NCBI GenBank assembly: GCA_963811225.1
Contig: CAWEQO010000004.1
Location: 300,762-364,761 of the forward strand
DNA: 64,000 nucleotides
Direction of reading: 5' to 3'
Source of the DNA: an uncultured Chloroflexia bacterium
GTDB taxonomy: Bacteria > Chloroflexota > Anaerolineae > Anaerolineales > Anaerolineaceae
Each line of letters starts with the position of its first letter. Within the stretch, counting starts at the first letter, position 1. The notes under the pieces were generated by a model, which ran no database searches, had not been told where the DNA came from, and saw only the letters and a list, made by a program, of their open reading frames with translations. Both the position numbers and the translations under genes were made by a program. Positions 8,238 to 17,821 of this stretch are shown piece after piece.

Positions 8238-11200
8238 TGGAACCCTACCGCCCAACCCTTATGTGGGGCCGCGCTCATTTCAGACCGGCGAGAAGATGTA
8301 TGGCCGCGACACGGAGGTGCGCAGGCTGCTCGACCTGCTGATCGCCGAGCGTATCATGGTCCTGCACTCTCCTTCCGGCGCGGGAAAGAGCTCGCTGATC
8401 CAGGCCGGATTGATCCCACGCCTGGAAACCGAGGGGTTCCACATCTTCCCAACCGTGCGCATTAACCTGGATCTGCCCTCCGGCTGCCGTGACCGCGCCG
8501 ATTGCAACCGCTATGCCTTCAGCGCGCTGATGTCGTTGGAAGAAGCCCTGGGCGAAGAACATAAGCATCCGGTGGATCAACTGACCGGCTTAACGTTGGA
8601 GGCGTATCTCTCGCAGCGTGAGGCGCCGCAGGATGAGCCGGCTTCGAAATTGCTGATCTTTGACCAGTTCGAGGAGATCCTGACGGTCGCCCCAACCGAC
8701 CAGGAAGGCAAAGCGGCCTTCTTCAAGCAGCTGGGGGCGCTGCTGCGCGATCGCAAGTACTGGGCGCTGTTTGCCATCCGCGAGGACTTCATCGCCGCGA
8801 TCGACCCATACGTCCGCCCGGTGCCGACCCGCCTGAACAACCGCTTCCGCCTGGACTTCCTGGGCGTGCATGCGGCCCTGCAGGCCATCCAGAAACCGGC
8901 ACAGGTGTCGGGTGTATCCTTCAAGGAGGATGCGGTCGAGAAGCTGGTCAACGACCTGCGCCAGGTGCGCATCCAGCAGGCGGACGGCAGCATGCAGGTG
9001 GAGTCGGGGCCGTACGTAGAGCCGGTGCAGCTGCAGGTGGTGTGCTACAACCTGTGGCAGCACCTGCCGCCCGGGACCAAGGAGATCACCCTGCGCCAGA
9101 TCACGGACGTGGGGGATGTGGACGAGTCGCTGGCGAGTTACTATGCGGAAAAGGTTAGCGAGGCGGCGCAGGCCTGCAGCTTGCCCGAACGCCGGGTGCG
9201 GGACTGGTTCGAACGACATTTGATCACCAAGCAGGGCATCCGCGGCCTGGTGCAGATGGGCTCGGAGCGGAGTGAAGGGTTGGATAACCACGCCATCCGA
9301 ATGCTGGAGAACGATCACCTGGTGCGCTCCGAGAAGCGCCTGGGATCCACCTGGTTCGAGCTGGCGCATGACCGCCTGATTGACCCGGTTCGCAAGAACA
9401 ACGCCGCCTGGATGCAGCAAAACCTCAACTTACTGCAGCGCCAGGCCGCCATTTGGATCCAGCAGGGCCGCCCGGACAGCCTCTTGCTGCATGGCGAGGA
9501 TCTGGAAAACGCCGGCCGCTGGGCAGAGGCTAATCCCAATGACCTGACGGAGGAAGAGAAAGACTTCCTGGCAGACTGCCAGGAGGCCGAAGAGCACCGG
9601 AAAGCGCAGATCGAGCAGCAGCGGTTGGAGCAGGAGCGCCGCGAGCAGTCCTTGAAGCTGGAAGCAGCCGAGAAGCTGGCGGGCTCCGAGCGGAAGCGCG
9701 CCGAGGAACAGTCGAAAGCGGCGGTGTCGCTGCGCCGGCGGGCGATCTTCCTGGCGCTGGCGCTGGTGCTGGCCCTGGGCTTGGCGGGTGTGGCCGGGTA
9801 CTACTACCAGGATTCCAACAAGAATTTCCGGGATGCTCAGTCCCAGGCGGTCACGGCGGACTCGGCCCGCAAGCTGGCCGAGAGCGCTAACGAAACGTCG
9901 GTGGTGAATGCGAGCATTGCTCAGGCGGCCAGCAACCTCTCCAACGCCGAAAGGCTGAAGGCGGAGGCGCAGAAAGGGTTGGCGGACATCGCTTCCACCC
10001 AGGCCATCGATCAGAAGAACACCGCCGTGGTGGAGTCACAGCTGCGCGGCACGGCCCAAGCCAAGGTGACCCGTTCGCGGGCGGATTCCCTGGCTTCGGT
10101 GACCTATATGCTGGCGTCGCAGCCGGACCTGCGCGACCTGCTCAGCGTGGAGGCTTTCCGCATCCTGGATACCTCGCAGACCCGGCTGGCGCTGCTGTCG
10201 TCCCTGTTGTCGGGCCAGGACGTGCTGTTTAATTCGCTGGGCTTCGGCATCCCGCCGGAAGTCTCTACGGTGACTCAGATGAGCATTCAGGGCGACGGCC
10301 AGTACGCCGCCTGGGGAAACAACGATGGAGAAGTCGTTTTCTACAGCGTCAACCAGCAGGAAGCGCTGTGGCGCAAACGGGCGCACTCGGGCGCGGTCCC
10401 GGCGGTGGCGCTGTGCAGCGCAAACGGCGAGCAGGTGCTGGCAACCGGTGGGGTAGACAATTACGTGCGGGTGTGGAACCCGATGGACGGCTCCATCCGC
10501 TGGAGCAACCGCACCCCAAACATTATCGCAGCCATCTCGATGAGCGGGGATTGCTCACAGATGGCGGTGGCAGCCGGGGCGGCGGTGGAAATCTACAACA
10601 CCCAAAGTCGCGCGCTGCTGCACCGGATCAACCAGCCGCAGGTCATTTCAAGTGTCGCTATGTCTGAGGACGGCAAACAACTGGCTGTTGGACTGCCGAA
10701 CGGGCAGATTGTGATCTACCTTACAGACAGCAAAGACACTTTCACTCTCGGATATCAAAGCGCGGCGGTGATCAGCCTGGCCTGGCTGCCGGACAACCTC
10801 ACGCTGGCCTCGACCGGTCACCAGCAGACGGTGAACCTGTGGAACACTGAGCTGCGCAAACCCGTGAAGACCTACCGGAAGGATATTGTGGGCAAATCCG
10901 ACAGCATCGCCATTAGCCCGGACGGCAAGCTGTTAGCAGCCGGGGAGGGGCGAGGCGAGGTCCAGGTGTGGGACATGGAAAGCGGCGAAATGTTTAGCTC
11001 GCAGGTGCATACCAATGACGTGGAGCACGTCGCCTTTGCCAATAACCAGGGTAAGCTGATCCTGGCATCGAGTGGAGGGGACCGGCGCGTGATTTTGACC
11101 GAGCTGCGCGTCCAGCAGCGTCTTAGCCGGACCGTGAACAACCAGGGACCATCTTCGATGGCGCTGGCGTTCAACCGGGATGGAAATTTGCTGAGCGCCG

Positions 11201-12057
11201 GCCCGCAGGACAATAAGCTGGTGGTGTTGAACATCGACGGTAAAACGATGGCCGAACCCGGCGTGCAGGTGGAGATGAGCCGCATGGCGCTCAGCGCCGA
11301 CGGCTCGACCCTGGCCGTGGGCGGCAAGGATGGCTCGATTGCAGTGGTGGCCGGTCTGGACACGCCCGATCCGGCCCCGCTGCCAGTGATCCAGGCGGCG
11401 CCCGCAGCGATTGACGGACTGGCATTCAGCCCGAACGGCAAGACGCTGGCCTCGATCTACTGCGAGGGGGGAAGTCTGGTAAACGGCCAGCCCGCTTGCG
11501 CGAAAGGCGTAATCCAGTTCTGGGACGTGGCCAGCGGCAAGTCGAAGCACTCTGATTACACCTACACGGACATTCGCTTGACTTCGCTGGTCTACTCGCC
11601 GGACGGATACACCCTGGTATGCGGCAGTAACGGCTCCTTGATCTCTTGGGATTTGACCAACGGTAAGCCGCGTATGCTGAGCAACGTTTTCGGCGGGAAC
11701 GCCAGCTGGATCTCCAGCATGGCCTTCAGCCCGGACGGCAAGACGCTGGCGGTCGGCAGCCAGGATGCCTGGGTGAGCCTGATAGATTTGGCCTCGGGCG
11801 CCAGTTACAGCCCACTGTTCACCACCCCGGGCCAGGTATTCAGCCTGACCTATGATGCGACGGGCGGCTACCTGTATTCCGGTCAAAGCGACGGCACGGT
11901 CCTGCGCTGGGACGCCAGCCCGAAGCTGTGGGTGGACACGGCCTGCCAGTTCGCCGGGCGCAACATGGCGGAGTACACCGAGTGGGACCGCTACTTGCCC
12001 GGCGATCCATACCGGCTTACCTGCCCACAGTACCCCTCTGGGGCGGCGGGATCTTAA
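8224..12057 (+). CDS. STAND-type P-loop NTPase, coiled coil, TM helix and a roughly 14-repeat WD40 array
   Basis: [42 protein letters not shown] (Walker A, K55) and LLIFDQFEE (Walker B, D147). Helical/coiled-coil region [20 protein letters not shown], then hydrophobic helix [22 protein letters not shown] (nt 9742..9807). Repeats such as [20 protein letters not shown] and GVIQFWD run to the C-terminus. The ATG at 8224 overlaps the upstream stop by 14 nt. The ORF-track start at 7921 lies inside the upstream gene and was rejected. Confidence 0.85.
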   Translation: MTMHDGTLPPNPYVGPRSFQTGEKMYGRDTEVRRLLDLLIAERIMVLHSPSGAGKSSLIQAGLIPRLETEGFHIFPTVRINLDLPSGCRDRADCNRYAFSALMSLEEALGEEHKHPVDQLTGLTLEAYLSQREAPQDEPASKLLIFDQFEEILTVAPTDQEGKAAFFKQLGALLRDRKYWALFAIREDFIAAIDPYVRPVPTRLNNRFRLDFLGVHAALQAIQKPAQVSGVSFKEDAVEKLVNDLRQVRIQQADGSMQVESGPYVEPVQLQVVCYNLWQHLPPGTKEITLRQITDVGDVDESLASYYAEKVSEAAQACSLPERRVRDWFERHLITKQGIRGLVQMGSERSEGLDNHAIRMLENDHLVRSEKRLGSTWFELAHDRLIDPVRKNNAAWMQQNLNLLQRQAAIWIQQGRPDSLLLHGEDLENAGRWAEANPNDLTEEEKDFLADCQEAEEHRKAQIEQQRLEQERREQSLKLEAAEKLAGSERKRAEEQSKAAVSLRRRAIFLALALVLALGLAGVAGYYYQDSNKNFRDAQSQAVTADSARKLAESANETSVVNASIAQAASNLSNAERLKAEAQKGLADIASTQAIDQKNTAVVESQLRGTAQAKVTRSRADSLASVTYMLASQPDLRDLLSVEAFRILDTSQTRLALLSSLLSGQDVLFNSLGFGIPPEVSTVTQMSIQGDGQYAAWGNNDGEVVFYSVNQQEALWRKRAHSGAVPAVALCSANGEQVLATGGVDNYVRVWNPMDGSIRWSNRTPNIIAAISMSGDCSQMAVAAGAAVEIYNTQSRALLHRINQPQVISSVAMSEDGKQLAVGLPNGQIVIYLTDSKDTFTLGYQSAAVISLAWLPDNLTLASTGHQQTVNLWNTELRKPVKTYRKDIVGKSDSIAISPDGKLLAAGEGRGEVQVWDMESGEMFSSQVHTNDVEHVAFANNQGKLILASSGGDRRVILTELRVQQRLSRTVNNQGPSSMALAFNRDGNLLSAGPQDNKLVVLNIDGKTMAEPGVQVEMSRMALSADGSTLAVGGKDGSIAVVAGLDTPDPAPLPVIQAAPAAIDGLAFSPNGKTLASIYCEGGSLVNGQPACAKGVIQFWDVASGKSKHSDYTYTDIRLTSLVYSPDGYTLVCGSNGSLISWDLTNGKPRMLSNVFGGNASWISSMAFSPDGKTLAVGSQDAWVSLIDLASGASYSPLFTTPGQVFSLTYDATGGYLYSGQSDGTVLRWDASPKLWVDTACQFAGRNMAEYTEWDRYLPGDPYRLTCPQYPSGAAGS

Positions 12058-12065
12058 TCAAAAGG

Positions 12066-13997
12066 ATGGCGAGGATGAGCGCAGACTTTCTATATTTCAA
12101 CGGCGTGGATGGGGCCAGCGGAGACTACTTGCTGCCGCCGATGTCACCCGCCGACGTGAGCAAGGTGGCCACCGGCGCGCCTCTGGACGAGGCTCAGCTC
12201 AAAGAGCTGAAATGGTGGCACGAACGCTCGACCAGCGGGAACTATGGAGTCAAGGAGGGTGTGGATCCCAAGGACCTGTCTCAGGCGGGGTGGGGCGTTA
12301 TTTTCGCCCACAACGCCGATCCGGCTGTGCGAGATGCGCTAAAAGAGCTGCTCGACTGGCGCAAGCAGCAAGCCGGGAATTATTACCGTGAATACAGTGG
12401 GGCCGAGGGCTACCGTCCGGGCGAGTCGAAGCCGGATTTTTTGGCGCGCCACGGCGCGGGGCCCGGCCCGGCAGATCCAGAGAAGGTGCCGTATTATCTG
12501 CTGATCGCCGGCGATCCGGAGGCCATCCCCTACCGCTTCCAATCCCAACTGGACGTGCAGTACGCGGTGGGGCGCATCCACTTTGACCGGATCGAGGATT
12601 ACGCCGTGTACGCGCACAGTGTGGTGGAAGCCGAGAAGCAGGGATTATCACTGCCGGCTCAGGCGGCTTTTTTCGGCACGTGCAACACGGACGACCCGGC
12701 CACCAACATGAGCGCCGGTGACCTGGTGACGCCGCTGTCCGAGAGCATGGGCAAGGAGAACGAGGGCTGGAAGGTGGATTCGTGGGTCGGGGAGAAAGCC
12801 ACCAAAGCGGACCTGGCGGCGCTGATGGGCGGCGCTCAAACCCCGGCTTTGCTGTTTACCGCCAGCCACGGCATGGGTTTCCCAAACGGCGACCCGCGCC
12901 AGCTGTCTCATCAGGGGGCTTTGTTGTGTCAGGACTGGCCGGGGCCTAAAGCCTGGAAGAAGTCGATCCCCGAGGACTTCTATTTTTCAGCCGATGATAT
13001 CGGCGAGGACGCCCGCCTGTTTGGGATGATCGCCTTTCACTTCGCCTGTTACGGGGCGGGCACACCCCGCAGCGACGAGTTCGCCCAGCAGGCTTTCCGC
13101 AGCCGGGCGGATATCGCTCCGCACGCCTTCCTGGCGCGCCTGCCACAGCGCATTCTGGCGCACCCGAAAGGTGGGGCGCTGGCGGTGATGGGCCATGTCG
13201 AGCGAGCCTGGGGCTATTCCTTCAGTTGGGGCAAAGCCGGGCGACAGCTGGCGGTGTTCGAAAGCGCCCTCAAACGCCTTGCGGACGGGTTCCCGGTGGG
13301 CTCCGCGTTCGAGAAATTCAATGAGCGCTACGCCGAGTTGTCGTCGGACCTGTCGGTGGAGCTGGAGGATATCCAGTTTGGGAAGAAGGCGGACCCCTAC
13401 AATCTGGCAGGGATGTGGACGGCCAACAATGACGCCCGCAATTACGTGGTGCTGGGTGACCCGGCGGTGCGGTTGATGGTTGGAACGGGGGACGCCCCCA
13501 CGAGGCGGCCGGCGCTCGAGATTCAAGGGCCGGTTATCGAGGCGGCGGATGCGAGCGCTGCGGCCACGATCATCGCACCCGGCATGGGAACGCCGCCGCC
13601 GGCCGGGGTGGACTATGGCCTGGTGGACAACTTCCGTCAGGTGCAGGCCAACGTGAGCGAGACGCTGCAGCAGTTTGTGAACCGGCTGGGGACGTTCCTG
13701 GGCGAGGCCCTGGAGGATGCTTCCAGTTTGGAGGTGGGTACATACGTCAGCGATGACATGACCCAGGTCAAGTACGAAAAGGGTCAGTTCAGCGGGGCGA
13801 AACTGCGAGCCTATACCCACATCAAGGTCGACGGTGATACGCTCGTTTGCGTCCCTGAAGAGGATGGCGAGCTAGACCTGGCCTTGTGGAACGTGCACGT
13901 CGAGATGGTCAAACAGGCGCAAGCCAACCGGATGGAATTCCTGCGAACGGTGGTGTCGGCGGCCACCGGACTGGTCGACCTGATCAAGCCGGGTTAA
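12066..13997 (+). CDS. Gingipain/C25-like clan-CD cysteine peptidase with an unknown C-terminal domain, no signal peptide
   Basis: His-Gly/Ala-Cys dyad [10 protein letters not shown] (His268) and [12 protein letters not shown] (Cys328). C25-like landmarks are [22 protein letters not shown] and [12 protein letters not shown]. The ATG at 12066 lies 8 nt after the upstream stop. Confidence 0.7.
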   Translation: MARMSADFLYFNGVDGASGDYLLPPMSPADVSKVATGAPLDEAQLKELKWWHERSTSGNYGVKEGVDPKDLSQAGWGVIFAHNADPAVRDALKELLDWRKQQAGNYYREYSGAEGYRPGESKPDFLARHGAGPGPADPEKVPYYLLIAGDPEAIPYRFQSQLDVQYAVGRIHFDRIEDYAVYAHSVVEAEKQGLSLPAQAAFFGTCNTDDPATNMSAGDLVTPLSESMGKENEGWKVDSWVGEKATKADLAALMGGAQTPALLFTASHGMGFPNGDPRQLSHQGALLCQDWPGPKAWKKSIPEDFYFSADDIGEDARLFGMIAFHFACYGAGTPRSDEFAQQAFRSRADIAPHAFLARLPQRILAHPKGGALAVMGHVERAWGYSFSWGKAGRQLAVFESALKRLADGFPVGSAFEKFNERYAELSSDLSVELEDIQFGKKADPYNLAGMWTANNDARNYVVLGDPAVRLMVGTGDAPTRRPALEIQGPVIEAADASAAATIIAPGMGTPPPAGVDYGLVDNFRQVQANVSETLQQFVNRLGTFLGEALEDASSLEVGTYVSDDMTQVKYEKGQFSGAKLRAYTHIKVDGDTLVCVPEEDGELDLALWNVHVEMVKQAQANRMEFLRTVVSAATGLVDLIKPG

Positions 13998-14016
13998 CCT
14001 GGCAGGAGGAGTCTGG

Positions 14017-14766
14017 ATGGCGCATGAGGAGTTCGCTTTACCGAGTGCCCTGAGCGCCTGGGAAACATCCCCGGCTGGGGATGAAGCGGTTTCCTTTGAG
14101 GTTGGGGAAGCCACGGAGAAGATGCCGGTCTGGCGCACAGCCCTCCCAGACAATCCCGAAGAGGCCGAGGCTCAGTTGGAGCGGGTCGAGCGTCAGCTGC
14201 AGACCGCACAGATCGCACTGGGTGAGGTCTCGCAGCGTGTGGAGACGCTGGCAGCCGGCGGGCGCGGAGCGGCTTCGTTTGGCGTGGAGCAGCTGCCGGA
14301 GGCCGAAGCCGAGCTGCTCGCCCTGTTGGCGTCGGTGGGCGCCGAGCAGACCGGATTAAGCTTTGGCATTGCCGGTGTTTCATTGAGCGACTTCGAGCAG
14401 GCCCAGGAGTTCTTCGCTTCTTCGCTGCAGCGATTGTCGAGCGCGATCACCCGACTGGCTCTTGTAGAGACGAGCGTAGGCGGTACAGCGGTCGGCAGGA
14501 CGATGATCGATTGGAGCGGCGATCTGGAGACGGCCTGGCTGCCGCCGCTGCTGCCCGAGCGCCAACGTCAGCACGAACGCTCGCTGCAGAACGCGCTGGC
14601 GTCGCGCACGCTGCTGATGCGCATGCTGTTCACCTCGGCGCAGAGCGCGGCCAAGATTGCCGCGGCGCTGGCGGTTCCAGGCGGTGCAATCATGGCGCTC
14701 CCCGCAGCATGGAAATTCATCATGCGAATCATGCAAGAAATGGAGGAAATACAACATGGCGAATGA
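14017..14766 (+). CDS. Hypothetical coiled-coil protein with a hydrophobic/amphipathic C-terminal segment
   Basis: Helical heptad-like stretch EEAEAQLERVERQLQTAQIALGEVSQRVETL. C-terminus reads LLMRMLFTSAQSAAKIAAALAVPGGAIMALPAAWKFIM. A GGAGG-like SD (caggaggag) lies upstream. I recognise no family. Confidence 0.6.
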   Translation: MAHEEFALPSALSAWETSPAGDEAVSFEVGEATEKMPVWRTALPDNPEEAEAQLERVERQLQTAQIALGEVSQRVETLAAGGRGAASFGVEQLPEAEAELLALLASVGAEQTGLSFGIAGVSLSDFEQAQEFFASSLQRLSSAITRLALVETSVGGTAVGRTMIDWSGDLETAWLPPLLPERQRQHERSLQNALASRTLLMRMLFTSAQSAAKIAAALAVPGGAIMALPAAWKFIMRIMQEMEEIQHGE

Positions 14767-15085
14767 GTTCGAGAATGCAGTGAAGAGTGCGGCAGCGACC
14801 GTGGCGAAGTACGTGGATGACGCCGCTGAGCTGACGGTGGAGACAAAGTTTGTCGAGGCGGGGCAGCAGGGCTTTAGTGATTTCAACTCAGCCATGCCCG
14901 CCGCCCGCACCATTATTCGCCTAGACGGCGATTGCGAAGTGGTGGCGCCAATGCGCAAGACGGAGAATGGCGTGCTGGAGGTGGACACCGGGCTGTTCGA
15001 GTTACACCAGAAGAACGTGCAGACCGCGATCGACTACCGGGCACGGATCCTGGATGCGCTGCTCGGCGTGATCAAACGGGGCTGA
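14756..15085 (+). CDS. Small (109 aa) protein resembling the C-terminal domain of the C25-like peptidase
   Basis: The ATG at 14756 is preceded by GGAGGAAAT and overlaps the upstream stop by 11 nt. By-eye alignment to residues 550..643 of the 12066..13997 product: [83 protein letters not shown]. Confidence 0.6.
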   Translation: MANEFENAVKSAAATVAKYVDDAAELTVETKFVEAGQQGFSDFNSAMPAARTIIRLDGDCEVVAPMRKTENGVLEVDTGLFELHQKNVQTAIDYRARILDALLGVIKRG

Positions 15086-15166
15086 GAATTTATCCGAGGG
15101 ACCGGAATAGGCGGAATAACGCCCCACTCCGGCTCCTCGGATAGATTCATCGGGCAGCGGTTTATA

Positions 15167-15215
15167 GTAGGGGCTGCGAAACAATCGCAGCCCCTACGTT
15201 TATTGATTCTTTTTG
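15167..15215. terminator. Intrinsic terminator closing the six-gene operon (convergent with the DUF305 gene)
   Basis: GTAGGGGCTGCGA-aacaa-TCGCAGCCCCTAC (15167..15197) followed by GTTTATTGATTCTTTTT. A weaker hairpin lies at 15092..15142. Confidence 0.6.
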
Positions 15216-15226
15216 CGACCTGGAAT

Positions 15227-16270
15227 TTATCGAGTTGGCTCAGGAATATTTTCAACGCTCTTCGCAAGCTGCATCGGATCGGTTGGGACGTTTTCGCCGT
15301 ACCAATTCTGCAGCATACCGGCCATCTCATTGATTTGAGCGGTCTGGGCGTACGTCATCGCCTGGCAGAGTGCGATAACATCGTAGTGAGCCGAACCGCT
15401 GGCGCAGACCTTTGACGTCACCACGGCTTGGCCGTGATGCGGCAGCATCAACTCCAGCCAGACTTTGTCAAACTGGCCGTCCGGCGTGTTTTGCAGCTCC
15501 TGGATGATAAACTCGTCCTGCTCCAGCTCGGACGGATCCTGGTACAGATCGTAGAACTTTGCCAGGTAGAAGTTCTGTTGAGCAATTTGAATCGACTGCG
15601 CTTTGCCAATCTCTTCGCACAAGCTGCGCAGCTCTGCGTGTGAGGCTCGTTGCATGCACTCGTAAGCCATCCGCACGGCCACATTGTGGTGCACGATCAT
15701 GAAGGGCATGAAGTCCTTCTCCACCTGCTGGCCGGTTTGACGGTATGAGTTGTTGAGCACCGCTTGCAAGAACTGCGACTTGTAGCTTTCCGGCTGATCG
15801 ACGCTCGACATTGGTTCGGAGGCCATCATCTGCTCGACCAACGCCATGACCGCGTTCTTTGGCCCGGCGGCTGCGGCCGCGCCGGTTTGAGGAATGCCCA
15901 ACGTAGGCGTGGCAGCCGGGGGGTTGCCATCCAGATACTTAGGGGTCGGGCTAGGGACGGCAGGCAGCGTATTGATCGGGGTCGGGCTCGGCGAGAGCGC
16001 GACTTGCGTCCCTGCGGGCGTAACCTGCGGCGACGGAACCATGTAGGTGCCCTCGAAGGTTGGTGTTGGGCTGGGGGTCGGTGAGGCGCCTGCGGTAACG
16101 GGCGTCGAGCTGGGCAGCGAGGTATTCATCGCGGGCGTGACGCTCGGCAGGAGCGTCACTTGAGCTTTCCCCGGCGCGGCGAAGCCAACGGATGCCGTTC
16201 CGGCAAGCACAGCAATCACAAGAATGGCGGCAAGATACTGCGCCATTTTCGGTAGATTTATTTTTTTCAT
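15227..16270 (-). CDS. Secreted DUF305-domain protein with a PT/ST-rich linker
   Basis: Signal/TM region MKKINLPKMAQYLAAILVIAVLAGTASVGFA and a proline/threonine-rich spacer. The C-terminal domain has two HH motifs (MIVHHNVAV, LMLPHHGQAV) typical of DUF305. Start set at the internal ATG (M10 of the track ORF). Confidence 0.75.
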   Translation of the reverse strand: MKKINLPKMAQYLAAILVIAVLAGTASVGFAAPGKAQVTLLPSVTPAMNTSLPSSTPVTAGASPTPSPTPTFEGTYMVPSPQVTPAGTQVALSPSPTPINTLPAVPSPTPKYLDGNPPAATPTLGIPQTGAAAAAGPKNAVMALVEQMMASEPMSSVDQPESYKSQFLQAVLNNSYRQTGQQVEKDFMPFMIVHHNVAVRMAYECMQRASHAELRSLCEEIGKAQSIQIAQQNFYLAKFYDLYQDPSELEQDEFIIQELQNTPDGQFDKVWLELMLPHHGQAVVTSKVCASGSAHYDVIALCQAMTYAQTAQINEMAGMLQNWYGENVPTDPMQLAKSVENIPEPTR

Positions 16271-16476
16271 GTTTATTTCCCACCTTTTTGTAACCATTAA
16301 ATTTTGTATTCAGTCTATCGGTCGCACATATCGCATCCTATAAGAGCGCTTCTTCTTTGTCTATAGGAGAATCCAGGTGTAAAAAAGTAGGGAAAACCCC
16401 CAATGTTCTGTGGTTGAGTGAAGAGCTGGAACGGACTTCCAAAGCGCGGCAGGCTATCTCCTTGTGGATAGATCAC

Positions 16477-16510
16477 AAAAGACCGGCCCGCTTATTCGGG
16501 CCGGTCTTTT
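16477..16510. terminator. Intrinsic terminator hairpin
   Basis: AAAAGACCGGCCCG-cttattc-GGGCCGGTCTTTT lies directly 3' of the minus-strand hemerythrin-like gene. Confidence 0.6.
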
Positions 16511-16532
16511 GGCGTTGTTCGGTTGACATCAT

Positions 16533-17204
16533 TTACATCAAAAGGAACGGCTGCATGGAAATCCACTTATCCTTCCAGACGACCGGCACCAGTTCCTGGG
16601 TCACTACCGGCGGCAGCATCCTTGACCATGTCATCCTGTCTTCCGGGGAGAGATTGTAAAGCATAAACGGCAGCAACAGGTAATCGGGCTGCGAAGTTTT
16701 TATGCCGTGCTCGGACAACTTGCGCTGCATATCCACTTCCTCGTACTCTTTGAAGACCTCGCGGATCCTTTTGACCGTCAAAACCTCTTCTTCCACCGGA
16801 ATGTGCCGGGCCCAAATCTCACGGAGCTGCTCCATCTGAGCCGAGATGGAGGATAGCGATTCCTGATCGCTTTGCCCACCGGCCGCGCGGTCGAGCTGGT
16901 GGTTGATTTGTTCCAGGACGGTTTGCATTTGCTGGTGCTCCGCGCACAGCGTATCCACGGGTGCAGTAGGAATGCGCACTCTTAATTCGGGAAAGGTGAT
17001 ATCATCTTCGCCGGTATGGTGCGAGTGCAGCATGATCGATAGGCTGCGGATGAAGTTGAAGAAGCCCTCGCGGGTGGAATCGTCCGGGAAGCCGGAAGCG
17101 ACGAAACGCAGGCTGTGGTCTAGCCCAACCTGAATGGCGCGGGTGGCGATGCGATGGATAATCAAGAGATCTCTAGCGAGGTTGACTTGAGTAGGTTCGG
17201 CCAT
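16533..17204 (-). CDS. Hemerythrin-like (HHE cation-binding) domain protein
   Basis: His/Glu motifs LHSHHTGEDDITFPEL, CAEHQQM and HIPVEEEVL are spaced as in hemerythrin-like domains. Confidence 0.7.
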   Translation of the reverse strand: MAEPTQVNLARDLLIIHRIATRAIQVGLDHSLRFVASGFPDDSTREGFFNFIRSLSIMLHSHHTGEDDITFPELRVRIPTAPVDTLCAEHQQMQTVLEQINHQLDRAAGGQSDQESLSSISAQMEQLREIWARHIPVEEEVLTVKRIREVFKEYEEVDMQRKLSEHGIKTSQPDYLLLPFMLYNLSPEDRMTWSRMLPPVVTQELVPVVWKDKWISMQPFLLM

Positions 17205-17356
17205 AATTTTCCTCCTTTTGCCAAATCATTCGATGGGTCTGTTAGAATACGATTATGTTGGTTTCTATGCGATTGATCGCGATTATACAACATTTAGCAC
17301 TAAATTGATAGTTAATATCTTTAAAATTTAGGGAAAATACCCAAAGGAGGGAAACG

Positions 17357-17755
17357 ATGTCACTCGAAGGGATCACAACGTTCGAGATCTTGCGTTGGGA
17401 CGAAGAAGCCTATTCCGAGGTGGAGGGAGCCGGGAAATTGACTCTGGCCAGCATCGACAAGACCTACGAGGGCGACCTGACCGGCACCGGGGCACTCAAT
17501 TATTTGATGAACTACAACACGGACGGCACGACCAACTTCCTTGGTTACGAGCGGGTGGCCGGTAAAGTCGGTGGGCGCGAGGGCAGCTTCGTGCTGAAGC
17601 ACGAGGGCGTTGACGATGGCAAGGTGGTGCGCGGCAACTGCGTGGTCATGCCCGATTCAGGTACGGGCGAACTCTCGGGATTGCAAGGTGGGGCCAGCTA
17701 TGCGCTCGGTCGCATGGAAGGCTTTTCAATGACGTTCAGTTTCGATTTGCCGTAA
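17357..17755 (+). CDS. DUF3224-like small beta-rich protein
   Basis: 132 aa with a GGAGGG SD. Pattern: KTYEGDLTGTG..LMNY....GYERVAGKVGGREGSFVLKHEG..G. Confidence 0.65.
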   Translation: MSLEGITTFEILRWDEEAYSEVEGAGKLTLASIDKTYEGDLTGTGALNYLMNYNTDGTTNFLGYERVAGKVGGREGSFVLKHEGVDDGKVVRGNCVVMPDSGTGELSGLQGGASYALGRMEGFSMTFSFDLP

Positions 17756-17773
17756 GGGGGATAATTCGATAAC

Positions 17774-17809
17774 CGTCAGGGGCGCCGATGACCATCGGCG
17801 CCCCTGACG
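17774..17809. terminator. Bidirectional terminator hairpin (17-bp stem)
   Basis: CGTCAGGGGCGCCGATG / CATCGGCGCCCCTGACG lies between convergent genes. Confidence 0.65.
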
Positions 17810-17821
17810 CTCGTTTAATCA

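Noticed and set aside
8590-11886. Long minus-strand ORFs 8590..9420 and 10933..11886 inside the STAND gene
   Set aside because: They are antisense shadows without motifs. The plus-strand frame carries Walker A and B motifs and WD40 repeats.
14017-14766. Possibility that the 249-aa gene next to the caspase-like protease is a bacterial gasdermin
   Set aside because: The size and context fit, but the sequence looks strongly helical or coiled-coil rather than beta-rich, and I see no gasdermin-like N-terminal features. It is kept only as a generic candidate membrane effector.
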